IMG/VR virus record: IMGVR_UViG_3300024999_000045
Coordinates: 32,001-96,000 of that record
Reading direction: 5' to 3' (one strand)
Origin: a virus
DNA length: 64,000 nucleotides
This document shows positions 31,140 to 39,317 of the stretch, in pieces. Each line of letters opens with the position of its first letter. Position 1 is the first letter of the stretch. A model generated the notes under the pieces. That model was not told where the DNA came from and ran no database searches. It saw only the letters and a program-made list of their open reading frames with translations. The translations under genes were made by a program, and so were the position numbers.

Positions 31140-31210
31140 AAAATATAACTAAAATATGAATTTTATTTAAAAACAAAAATATAACAACCGATTAAAAGGA
31201 GGAAACAAAA

Positions 31211-31843
31211 ATGGAATTAAGTATAACTAGAGCATTATCAGAATTAAAATTATTAAATGATAGGATTTTAAGAAAAGCATCTGAAGGTGTATATATTGCT
31301 GGGGCTAAAAAAAGTTCTAAAAAAATCAACAATATATATAGTAGAGAGGAATTTAATGAAAAGGTTAAATCAGATTATCAAAGTATAACAGCTTTAATTG
31401 AGAGAAGAAAAAGAATTAAATCAGCAATAGTTAGTTCAAATTCACAAACAAAAATTACTATAAGCAATAAAGAAATGACAGTTGCAGAAGCAATAGAAAG
31501 AAAAGATTCAATAGAATATGACAAATGTTTATTAAGAGAAATGAGCAATCAATTTAATGCAGTTTTATCAAACATTAGTCGTCAAAATGAAATGGTTAAT
31601 GCTAATTTAGAAAATCTATTAAACACTTCTTTTGGTAAAGAAAGAACTGGCAAGGTTGATGAAAGTGAAATTTTAGCAATAAGTAAACCTTATTTAGAAC
31701 AAAACGAGTGGGAAGTTATTGATGTATTAGCATTAAAAACTAAGATTGAAGATTTAAAAACTAGTATTGAAGATTTTGAATCAGAAATCGACTTCACATT
31801 AAGTGAAAGCAACGCAATTACTAAAATTACTATAGAAGACTAG
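31211..31843 (+). CDS. coiled-coil protein resembling the DIP1984-like (DUF6847) family
   Basis: MELSITRALSELKLLNDRI ... MTVAEAIERK ... EIDFTLSESNAITKI pattern; family name recalled from memory, not verified. Confidence 0.6.
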   Translation: MELSITRALSELKLLNDRILRKASEGVYIAGAKKSSKKINNIYSREEFNEKVKSDYQSITALIERRKRIKSAIVSSNSQTKITISNKEMTVAEAIERKDSIEYDKCLLREMSNQFNAVLSNISRQNEMVNANLENLLNTSFGKERTGKVDESEILAISKPYLEQNEWEVIDVLALKTKIEDLKTSIEDFESEIDFTLSESNAITKITIED

Positions 31844-31863
31844 TATTAAAAATCAAATATAAT

Positions 31864-32176
31864 ATTGTGGCTATTCGAAAACTATAAACTTAAATTCCCT
31901 TACACATTTGTGGGATAACAAATGTATACAAGAACAATTAGGACGTTACCTAATTAAAATCAAATGATGATTTTGATATTATAAAAGGATGCCCTCTGTG
32001 GCACAAAATTATAAAGATTAAAGTTTAGGTTTTAAAGTTCAAGTATGAAGATTTAAAGTTCTTTTTGATTAAGAATTAAGTTTTAAATATAAAATTTCGA
32101 TAAAATCCGAGATTAAAGGTTTGTCAGTGCTGATTTGATTGGCTCTTAGTTATCCTCTCGGCTGAATAGTCACAAT
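31864..32176 (+). ncRNA. candidate ~310 nt structured RNA with phased heptamer repeats
   Basis: 13 bp closing stem 31864-31876/32164-32176 (one G-U), five internal stems, 7-nt periodic tract 32012-32097; no credible ORF. Confidence 0.75.
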
Positions 32177-32188
32177 TTTTATATACAT

Positions 32189-32265
32189 CTCCGTATAGCC
32201 AAACTGGTTTAAGGCAAAAGGCTGCAACCCTTTGATTGTGGGTTCGAGTCCCTCTACGGAGTCCA
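32189..32265 (+). tRNA. tRNA-Cys (GCA)
   Basis: Acceptor CTCCGTA/TACGGAG, D arm GCC/GGC, anticodon stem AAAGG/CCTTT with loop CTGCAAC, T loop TTCGAGT, discriminator T, encoded CCA. Confidence 0.93.
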
Positions 32266-32290
32266 ATAAATACACACAAAGGAGACTAAA

Positions 32291-32455
32291 ATGGATTATA
32301 AAAATTGTAAAGAATTTAAAGAAGATGAATGGGGAGAATGTAAACATAAATTTCACCCTGAACACGATTGCAAAGATAATTGTTTTAGATATCCTACTGA
32401 GAAATTCGAAGAGTTTTACAATGAATATATAAATAATACAGAGAATGATAATTAG
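32291..32455 (+). CDS. small Cys/His-rich protein (54 aa)
   Basis: AAGGAG RBS; absent from the ORF track. Confidence 0.6.
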   Translation: MDYKNCKEFKEDEWGECKHKFHPEHDCKDNCFRYPTEKFEEFYNEYINNTENDN

Positions 32456-32472
32456 ATAAAATTAAGTTTTCA

Positions 32473-32688
32473 TTGAAGGAAGTGCTAAATATGTTTTCAA
32501 AATTAAAATTACTATATTATAAAATTTTCAAGAGTAAAAATATTTTAATAATGACTTGTTTAAATTGTAATGGAGTTCAATTCAAACGAATTAGTTATGG
32601 ATTCCAAAGTGAAGAGTTAGAATATAATGCATCTTATGAATGCATGAGGTGTAAATCTAAAGTTAAAGTAAGAGAGATTTGGAGTTAA
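32473..32688 (+). CDS. zinc-ribbon hypothetical protein
   Basis: CLNC...CMRC; true start may be ATG 32491. Confidence 0.6.
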   Translation: MKEVLNMFSKLKLLYYKIFKSKNILIMTCLNCNGVQFKRISYGFQSEELEYNASYECMRCKSKVKVREIWS

Positions 32689-32732
32689 TATTTTAAGTAA
32701 AATTTAGGTTTTATATAAAGGAGGAATTTCAC

Positions 32733-32921
32733 ATGAGTAAACCATTAATAGAATTAATAAGTAATAAAAGTGGAGACTGGGAAATTTTAAGAGTGAATGA
32801 AGATATTGAAATGCAAGGACATTCAATCAATAATCATATGTGGTGTGATTTATTAAGAACACTTGGATTTGAAGTTGAAAGAAAAGAGATATCTGATGAA
32901 GAAATGGAAGAATTAACTTAA
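32733..32921 (+). CDS. hypothetical protein
   Basis: AGGAGG RBS. Confidence 0.7.
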   Translation: MSKPLIELISNKSGDWEILRVNEDIEMQGHSINNHMWCDLLRTLGFEVERKEISDEEMEELT

Positions 32922-32945
32922 AATAAAAGGTAAGATTTATTTAAA

Positions 32946-33155
32946 TGTGGGATGGCGGAATGTAAAAACGCGCTTAAGACAATAATGCGTTGTGAAGTAA
33001 TGGTTCAGTTGATGAAAGCCCAGTATAGCCAAGTGGCAAGGCATACCTCTGAGTAAGAACGTAGGTTCAAATCCTACTATTGGTGAACGTACGGACGGTA
33101 CGTGTAGTCAAAGCCATAGTAACAACAACTGAGGGTTCAAATCCCTCTCCCACAT
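32946..33155 (+). ncRNA. tRNA-like RNA with a second tRNA-like module nested inside
   Basis: Outer acceptor TGTGGGA/TCCCACA, Leu/Ser-type D arm, T arm GAGGG-TTCAAAT-CCCTC; inner module 33019-33085 has its own D arm and T arm GTAGG-TTCAAAT-CCTAC. Confidence 0.75.
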
Positions 33156-33209
33156 TTTTAAACCAAATGTGAGTTTTATTTAAAATATAAATATAAAAGG
33201 AGAATTATT

Positions 33210-33647
33210 ATGGAAAATAAGCAAAAAGCAATATTTAAAGGCATAACAAGAAATTGGATAACTAAAAAAAGAGTTTATCTTGATAGAGAACCAGATTTAG
33301 AAATTGCTTATGAAGATAAAGTTAACGAGGATGTAATTATTGAGTGTAATTTAGAACAACCTTTTTTACAAGAAGGTGAAAGTGTTTTTATACCATCAAT
33401 AAATAAAACAGTCCATATATCTAAAGTTGTAAGAAGTATAAATAATGAAACTATATATTATACAAATCATATAGTTAAAGAAATTGGCATTGATTCTTCT
33501 AAATTTAAATATGAATTAATAGAGTTTGAAAATAGTTATTATAAATATATTAAATCATTAAAAGATGACCATTATGATGAAATAAGACAATTAGAAAAAG
33601 AATTGTATTCACTAAAAAGCAGAAAATGGTATCAGTATTGGAAATAA
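33210..33647 (+). CDS. hypothetical protein
   Basis: AAGGAG RBS. Confidence 0.7.
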   Translation: MENKQKAIFKGITRNWITKKRVYLDREPDLEIAYEDKVNEDVIIECNLEQPFLQEGESVFIPSINKTVHISKVVRSINNETIYYTNHIVKEIGIDSSKFKYELIEFENSYYKYIKSLKDDHYDEIRQLEKELYSLKSRKWYQYWK

Positions 33648-33670
33648 AATGAGACTTTTATCAAAAAATT

Positions 33671-33752
33671 TGGCACAGTAGTACAGATGCGTACAAACTT
33701 AAACCTTCGAGGTGAATTACGTTCTAGTAACGGCAAAACTAGTGCTGTGCCA
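33671..33752 (+). ncRNA. candidate multi-branched small RNA or attenuator
   Basis: 10 bp closing stem TGGCACAGTA/TGCTGTGCCA enclosing three hairpins, followed by a T tract. Confidence 0.55.
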
Positions 33753-33791
33753 TTTTTATAAAATAGTTCTTTCGTTGAAAGGGGAACAAAT

Positions 33792-34175
33792 ATGAATTAT
33801 CTTCCAAAAGAGGGCGAATTACTTGAGTTTAGAGGTGGGGTAGGTAATAAAATACAAGAACAATTAAAAAGACAAGATGGCGTTTTCTATAAAAGAAAAA
33901 ATCCTAATTGCCAATGGGTGATTTATGATTTAAAATGCTCGACTTGTGGTTATATACCAGATGAGGACGATATTATAAAAACTAATTATCATTTAAGTAA
34001 ATGTTCTTGTGGTCAAGAGAATGTTTGTGATTTATGTTTAATGGTTGAAGTTGGTTATAGAAAACCAATAGATTTCTCATTAGAACCTATTACAAGATGT
34101 CCTACGTGTTTTGGTGGAAATCAATTTCAAGGTAGTAGAAGTAGAAAATTTTGGTTAGAAAATGAATATAAATAA
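33792..34175 (+). CDS. Cys-rich zinc-finger hypothetical protein
   Basis: CSTC, CSC, CDLC, CPTC. Confidence 0.7.
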   Translation: MNYLPKEGELLEFRGGVGNKIQEQLKRQDGVFYKRKNPNCQWVIYDLKCSTCGYIPDEDDIIKTNYHLSKCSCGQENVCDLCLMVEVGYRKPIDFSLEPITRCPTCFGGNQFQGSRSRKFWLENEYK

Positions 34176-34205
34176 ATCAATCCTTCTATTTAAAGAGGTG
34201 TAAAT

Positions 34206-34562
34206 ATGTTTAAAGTGATAATAGCAGGTTCGAGAACATTTAATGATTATGAATTATTAAAAACTAAATTAGATCACATTCTTAAAAATAAAAAAGATAT
34301 AGTTATTATATCTGGAACTGCCAATGGTGCAGATAAATTAGGTGAAAGATATGCTAAAGAAAAAGGTTATGAAGTAATAAGAATGCCTGCTAATTGGGAA
34401 TTGTATGGAAAACGCAGTGGCTATATAAGAAATGAAGAAATGGCAAAGGTTGCTGATGGTTGCGTAATATTTTGGGACGGAATAAGCAAAGGCTCAAAAC
34501 ACATGGCTGATTTAGCAGAAAAATATAAATTACAATTAAAAATTATCAAATTTGAGGTGTAA
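34206..34562 (+). CDS. SLOG-family (YspA/DUF2493-like) protein
   Basis: KVIIAGSRTF...IISGTANGAD...YGKRSGYIRNEEMA...FWDGISKGSKHM. Confidence 0.85.
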   Translation: MFKVIIAGSRTFNDYELLKTKLDHILKNKKDIVIISGTANGADKLGERYAKEKGYEVIRMPANWELYGKRSGYIRNEEMAKVADGCVIFWDGISKGSKHMADLAEKYKLQLKIIKFEV

Positions 34563-34564
34563 AC

Positions 34565-34759
34565 ATGAAAAAGTTATTCCATATATACCTACCAACCTTA
34601 AGACAACGAACAATTGATTTAAGACGTTGGTATTATGTAGACATAGATGGTGAACGTATGGATTGGTGGGACTGTGAATGTTGCATAAAGGATACTAAAG
34701 AAAGATATCCAGAAGCTAAATTCACAAAAATACCATTATATAAAACAATATTAAAATAA
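34565..34759 (+). CDS. hypothetical protein
   Basis: GAGGTG RBS. Confidence 0.65.
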   Translation: MKKLFHIYLPTLRQRTIDLRRWYYVDIDGERMDWWDCECCIKDTKERYPEAKFTKIPLYKTILK

Positions 34760-34773
34760 TTAGAGGTGTTTAT

Positions 34774-35154
34774 ATGTTTACAAAACCAATTCATGGCTGG
34801 ACTACATTACAAATAGAAGGTTATAAATTCTCAGCAAGTTATTTAACTGACGTTCCAAATGATTGTATAGATGCATTTTATGGATTAAAAAACAACAGAC
34901 CAACAACAATATTCTTCGATGATGAAGGTAAAGAATGTTATTTAATTTGTGATACCTATACAAGTTATGTAATTTATATTGATGATTACAATAAAACAAA
35001 AGTTATTGAATTTAATAAAGGAATTAAAGAATTAGCACAAGAATTTATAAATAATATTGAAGAAAACTTTGAAGATTGGCAACTTTGGGAATGTTATCAC
35101 AATGAATTATTAGAAATTGATCTTACTGAATTAAAAGAACTTCTAAAAGTTTAA
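34774..35154 (+). CDS. hypothetical protein
   Basis: GAGGTG RBS. Confidence 0.7.
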   Translation: MFTKPIHGWTTLQIEGYKFSASYLTDVPNDCIDAFYGLKNNRPTTIFFDDEGKECYLICDTYTSYVIYIDDYNKTKVIEFNKGIKELAQEFINNIEENFEDWQLWECYHNELLEIDLTELKELLKV

Positions 35155-35172
35155 ATACAATAAATGTTTCGT

Positions 35173-35703
35173 TTAAAGTTTATTTATTAATTTATTTAAG
35201 TGATTTTCTATTTTTTTAAAGTCGATTTTTTGTTTCTCATTATTAAAATATAATTCAATATAGTCTTTATGCAAGTACATTTTAGCATATTCTAAACATA
35301 AAAAAATTGTCATATTTAATAAATTTTCTTCTTCTATATTTTGAGGATTATGTTTTACCTTTCTTTTAATTTTTTTATATACCTTTTTATTCTGGATTAT
35401 ATTTGTTGTATTGAGTTCTGATATTTTTATTTTTAATAACTCTATTTGTCGGGTATCAGTTTCTATATTATCACTATTCCCTAACAAATAATTATTATTT
35501 ATTCCAAAAGCACTAGATAATATTTTTACTTCAATATCCGTTGGTGATTCTAAGCCACAAATATATTTATCTATTTGAGTTTGTTCTATATTAGAAATTT
35601 GTGCTAATAAATTAGTATTTAGATTATATTTAAATAATTCATGTTTTAATCTTTTAATAAATATTTCTTTATTCATAAAATCACCTCTAATATAGAATAC
35701 CAT
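35173..35703 (-). CDS. XRE-family HTH regulator, oriented against the surrounding operon
   Basis: LAQISNIEQTQIDKYICGLESPT...LSSAFGINNNYLLG HTH pattern. Confidence 0.7.
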   Translation of the reverse strand: MVFYIRGDFMNKEIFIKRLKHELFKYNLNTNLLAQISNIEQTQIDKYICGLESPTDIEVKILSSAFGINNNYLLGNSDNIETDTRQIELLKIKISELNTTNIIQNKKVYKKIKRKVKHNPQNIEEENLLNMTIFLCLEYAKMYLHKDYIELYFNNEKQKIDFKKIENHLNKLINKL

Positions 35704-35965
35704 ATTTTATATTACAATAAAACTAATTAAATAAAAATTATATTTGAAAGAGGTGGGATGCATGAGTTATATTCCAGAAAGTCCATTATGTATGCTTATA
35801 GGGTTGGCGGATTGGTCGCAAAACGAATTAAAGAATGGAAGTAGAATTAAAGCTAGTAAAATACATAGAGTGTTAAAAAGAATAAATAAAAGAAGAAAAG
35901 ATCATGGTTTAGTACATTTTTAATTTAAATGAAATTAACTTTTTAATTTAAAAAGGAGATATAAA

Positions 35966-36079
35966 ATGGCAATATATGTTGGATTTATGATTTGCGACAA
36001 CTGCAATGTACATTCAAATTGGGGTGAAAGTTGGCACTGCCCTTTTTGTGGATGTGAAGAAGGTAAAAGAGATGAATAA
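35966..36079 (+). CDS. 37 aa zinc-ribbon protein
   Basis: MAIYVGFMICDNC...HCPFCG; AAGGAG RBS. Confidence 0.6.
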   Translation: MAIYVGFMICDNCNVHSNWGESWHCPFCGCEEGKRDE

Positions 36080-36473
36080 AAATAATAAATATTGGATTCT
36101 AACATGCTTTATAGGAATAGTTATAATATACTCGCTTTGCATGTATCTAATGGTTAAAAATTTAGAAATACCTACGAGAAACTCTCTTACAATAATTCAG
36201 CCTAATATTCAAAACTTTTATAAAACAATTGATGTTCAAATAACAGATATTCAAACAGTTTGGGCAGATAATAGAATAAAAAAATATAAAATTTTAGTAT
36301 GGAATGAAGAATATAATTTAGAACAAACATTTTACATAAGCAATTGGGATAGGTATGGTTACGAATTAGAGAGTGGCCAACTAAATAAAAAAGATATAAT
36401 AAAAGCTGAATTATTATCAAAAGTTTTAGAGGACAAAGTAATATCAAGAAATATTGAACAATTAGGATATTAA
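36072..36473 (+). CDS. membrane-anchored hypothetical protein
   Basis: N-terminal TM segment; ATG 36072 overlaps the preceding ORF. Confidence 0.65.
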   Translation: MNKNNKYWILTCFIGIVIIYSLCMYLMVKNLEIPTRNSLTIIQPNIQNFYKTIDVQITDIQTVWADNRIKKYKILVWNEEYNLEQTFYISNWDRYGYELESGQLNKKDIIKAELLSKVLEDKVISRNIEQLGY

Positions 36474-36483
36474 GGAGAAAATT

Positions 36484-36813
36484 ATGTGCAGAGGAACAAC
36501 GAATAGTAAAGATGTATATTTAATAAAAGTATCAGAAGAAACAAAGAAAAGATTGTCCAGAACTAATCCTAAATGGATAGATGGCCACGGTGGAATAATA
36601 GTAGATTTGTGTATTGGTAAAGAAGTTGAATATTTAGTAAATCATAGGGTAATTACTTTAGGTTGTTGTTGTGGACATGGCATAGAAAAAGCTGAATGTT
36701 TAATAGATAGTTCAAGTAAAGAATTATGTGAAATCTTAGGTTATCACGCACACGAATATAGTAAAGAACATACAGAAAATAATATATTGGAAATATATTT
36801 AAAGAATATTTAA
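36484..36813 (+). CDS. hypothetical protein with CCCGHG motif
   Basis: VDLCIGKEVEYL...ITLGCCCGHG; AAGGAG RBS. Confidence 0.65.
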   Translation: MCRGTTNSKDVYLIKVSEETKKRLSRTNPKWIDGHGGIIVDLCIGKEVEYLVNHRVITLGCCCGHGIEKAECLIDSSSKELCEILGYHAHEYSKEHTENNILEIYLKNI

Positions 36814-36845
36814 ATAAAACTAATTTTTTATCAAAAGAGAGGAAG

Positions 36846-37046
36846 ATGAATATGAATAAACAAGAAGAGTTATTTAATAGATTTAAAAGTTTAGGACTTA
36901 GATTAACTAGTTTAGGTTCATTTGTTCAAAATGAAGGGTTTAATCCAACGTCTGAACAATTACTTGAGTTTGTAAACTTAACAAATGAAAATTTAAGTGA
37001 TTTAAATAAATTAAGAGAAGATGTGTTAAGATTTTACCAAAACTAG
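36846..37046 (+). CDS. hypothetical protein
   Basis: GAGG RBS. Confidence 0.65.
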   Translation: MNMNKQEELFNRFKSLGLRLTSLGSFVQNEGFNPTSEQLLEFVNLTNENLSDLNKLREDVLRFYQN

Positions 37047-37162
37047 ATTTAAACGTATATTTTGAAAAATCAAAAAATCAAGAATGTAGTAATAGCAAGG
37101 GTTGTAGGGTTTGCATATTTGAATAAAAGAATCATTTTACATAAATAAAAGGAGGAAACTAT

Positions 37163-37405
37163 ATGATATATATAAATTGTTTAATATTTTTAATATTAGG
37201 AATATGTATAGGGTTATTAATAAAAGAATTAAAAAAACCAAAACAATATACATTTTGTTATTGTCCAGAATGTAAAAATGAACTTTGTGGGAGTGATAGT
37301 TTTATAGGTTACACCAAAGACGGATTAGTGCTTTATAAGTGTTCTAAGTGTGAAAAGGAAACTAAGTGGTATTTTGATACACCGGCACCATTTATTATAG
37401 ATTAA
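37163..37405 (+). CDS. TM-anchored zinc-ribbon protein
   Basis: N-terminal TM, CPEC...CSKC. Confidence 0.7.
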   Translation: MIYINCLIFLILGICIGLLIKELKKPKQYTFCYCPECKNELCGSDSFIGYTKDGLVLYKCSKCEKETKWYFDTPAPFIID

Positions 37406-37429
37406 ATTACTGACTTAAAGGAGATAAAT

Positions 37430-37936
37430 ATGGATATTTGGTTTATTTCAGACACACATTTTGGACATACAAATATGATTGCATATGAAAATAGACCATT
37501 TAGTTCTACTGAACAAATGAATGAAGTTTTAATTGAAAACTGGAATAAATGTGTTAAACCAAATGATATTATTTATCACCTTGGAGACATATTTTTATGC
37601 AGCGTTGTAAAAGAAAAAGAAATTGCAAGTAGATTAAATGGAAATAAAAAGTTATTTCTAGGTAATCACGACAAAGCAACACTTACTCATTATGAAAAAT
37701 TAGGATTTAATGTTTTGTGTGATAGAAATTATTCATATTATGATGATTTTAAATACAAAGACTTTAATCCAGCACTAATGCATAGACCTATATTTATAAA
37801 TAATAGATTTGTTATTCATGGTCATGTACATAGTAATATTAGTGAGTATGAGAAAACATATCCAAACTCATATAGGTGTGTAAGTGTTGAAAATATAGGG
37901 TATAAACCTATACATATTGATGAGATATTGAAATAG
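37430..37936 (+). CDS. calcineurin-like metallophosphoesterase
   Basis: SDTHFGH, HLGD, GNHD, HGHVH. Confidence 0.9.
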   Translation: MDIWFISDTHFGHTNMIAYENRPFSSTEQMNEVLIENWNKCVKPNDIIYHLGDIFLCSVVKEKEIASRLNGNKKLFLGNHDKATLTHYEKLGFNVLCDRNYSYYDDFKYKDFNPALMHRPIFINNRFVIHGHVHSNISEYEKTYPNSYRCVSVENIGYKPIHIDEILK

Positions 37937-37974
37937 AATAAGTTTTTTATTTAAAGATTAAAAGGAGACTAACA

Positions 37975-39264
37975 ATGGAAAATTTAAGAGAAATCAGAGA
38001 AATATTCGATTTAATTGGCTCAACACCAAGCAAGAATGAAAAGAAAGAAATTCTTGATAAGCATAGAGACAATGAGTTATTAAAAACTATATTAAATTTC
38101 ATTTATAATCCGTTCATTTTAACAGGTATATCTAGTAAGAAAATTGATAAAAAAGTGAATATGGATTGGTGTCACGCAGCTACGATAGATAATAATATTA
38201 CAAGTCTTATAAATTATCTAACTTTAAATAATACTGGTAAAGACGAAGATATAGTTGCGTTAAAAGTTTTTATTAGAAAACAAACTGAGGAATCACAGGA
38301 ATTTATAAGAGGAATTATAACTAAAAACATAAAAGTTGGTATGACTTCATCAACAATAAATAAGGTTTTTGGTAAAGATTTTATACCTGAGTTCAAGGTT
38401 ATGTTAGCGGAGAAATATAAAGACTATAAAGATAAATTAACTGGTGATTTTATAGTTACACAGAAGCTTGACGGAGTAAGATCAGTTTTTATCAAAGAAA
38501 ATGGTAGTGTTAAAGTATTTAGTAGGCAAGGTCAACCTATTGAAGATTTAATTGAACTACTACCTGAATTTGAAAATTTCCCAGATAACACTGTATTTGA
38601 TGGTGAATTATTAGCAGTTAATAACGAAAACTTAGATAGCAAAACTCTTTATAGAAAGACTGTTAAAATAACTCAATCAAAAGGTAATAAAACTGGAGTT
38701 GAATTCCATGCTTTTGATATGGTGCCACTAGAAGATTTTAAGCAAGGAAAATCAAATATTATATGTATAGTAAGAAAAAGAGGGCTTGAGTCTTTATTAG
38801 ATTCAGGATATAAGTATATTAAATACGTTCCAGTGTTATATTATGGAAATGATAAAAGTAAAATAGAGCCATTATTACAAAAGGCGAGAAATGAAGGCAA
38901 CGAAGGGATTATGGTTAATTTAGCAAATGCACCTTATAGTTGCAAAAGAACAAAAGATATTCTTAAGGTTAAAATTATGGAAAGCGTTGACTTGAAAGTT
39001 ACAGGATATGAAGAAGGTGATAATAAATATACTGGAATGCTAGGTGCTTTAGTTGTAGATTATAAAGGATTTACTCTTAAAGTTGGTGGTGGTTATACAG
39101 ATGTTGATAGAGTTGAAATATGGAAAAATAGAGATGATATGATTGGAAAAATTATTGAAGTGAGTTATTTTGAAGAAAGTGAGAACGAAAGAGGGGGTCT
39201 TAGTTTACGCTTTCCTGTTTATAAAGGGGTAAGAAATGACAAGACTTCGCCTTCATATAATTAA
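37975..39264 (+). CDS. lig: ATP-dependent DNA ligase
   Basis: QKLDGVR (adenylated Lys), FDGEL, FHAFD, EGIMVN, LKVK, LRFPVY. Confidence 0.93.
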   Translation: MENLREIREIFDLIGSTPSKNEKKEILDKHRDNELLKTILNFIYNPFILTGISSKKIDKKVNMDWCHAATIDNNITSLINYLTLNNTGKDEDIVALKVFIRKQTEESQEFIRGIITKNIKVGMTSSTINKVFGKDFIPEFKVMLAEKYKDYKDKLTGDFIVTQKLDGVRSVFIKENGSVKVFSRQGQPIEDLIELLPEFENFPDNTVFDGELLAVNNENLDSKTLYRKTVKITQSKGNKTGVEFHAFDMVPLEDFKQGKSNIICIVRKRGLESLLDSGYKYIKYVPVLYYGNDKSKIEPLLQKARNEGNEGIMVNLANAPYSCKRTKDILKVKIMESVDLKVTGYEEGDNKYTGMLGALVVDYKGFTLKVGGGYTDVDRVEIWKNRDDMIGKIIEVSYFEESENERGGLSLRFPVYKGVRNDKTSPSYN

Positions 39265-39317
39265 ACGAAATTAATCTTTTATTGAAATAAAAATATAATA
39301 ACAGAGGAGAATGAAAA

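Noticed and set aside
32012-32097. CRISPR or mini-array interpretation of the periodic tract
   Set aside because: The units are 7-nt abutting degenerate repeats with no spacers, and no cas genes are present. The PD-(D/E)xK nuclease at 17006 sits in the replication block.
32232-32432. Track ORF overlapping tRNA-Cys
   Set aside because: It starts inside the tRNA; the RBS-supported ORF is 32291-32455 in another frame.
33056-33069. LexA/DinR-like box AGAAC-GTAG-GTTCA
   Set aside because: It is a by-product of the tRNA-like T arm and is not at a promoter.
32946-33155. tmRNA interpretation of the nested tRNA-like RNA
   Set aside because: Too short, no G3-U70 alanine determinant, no CCA, no tag ORF, and it has a D stem.
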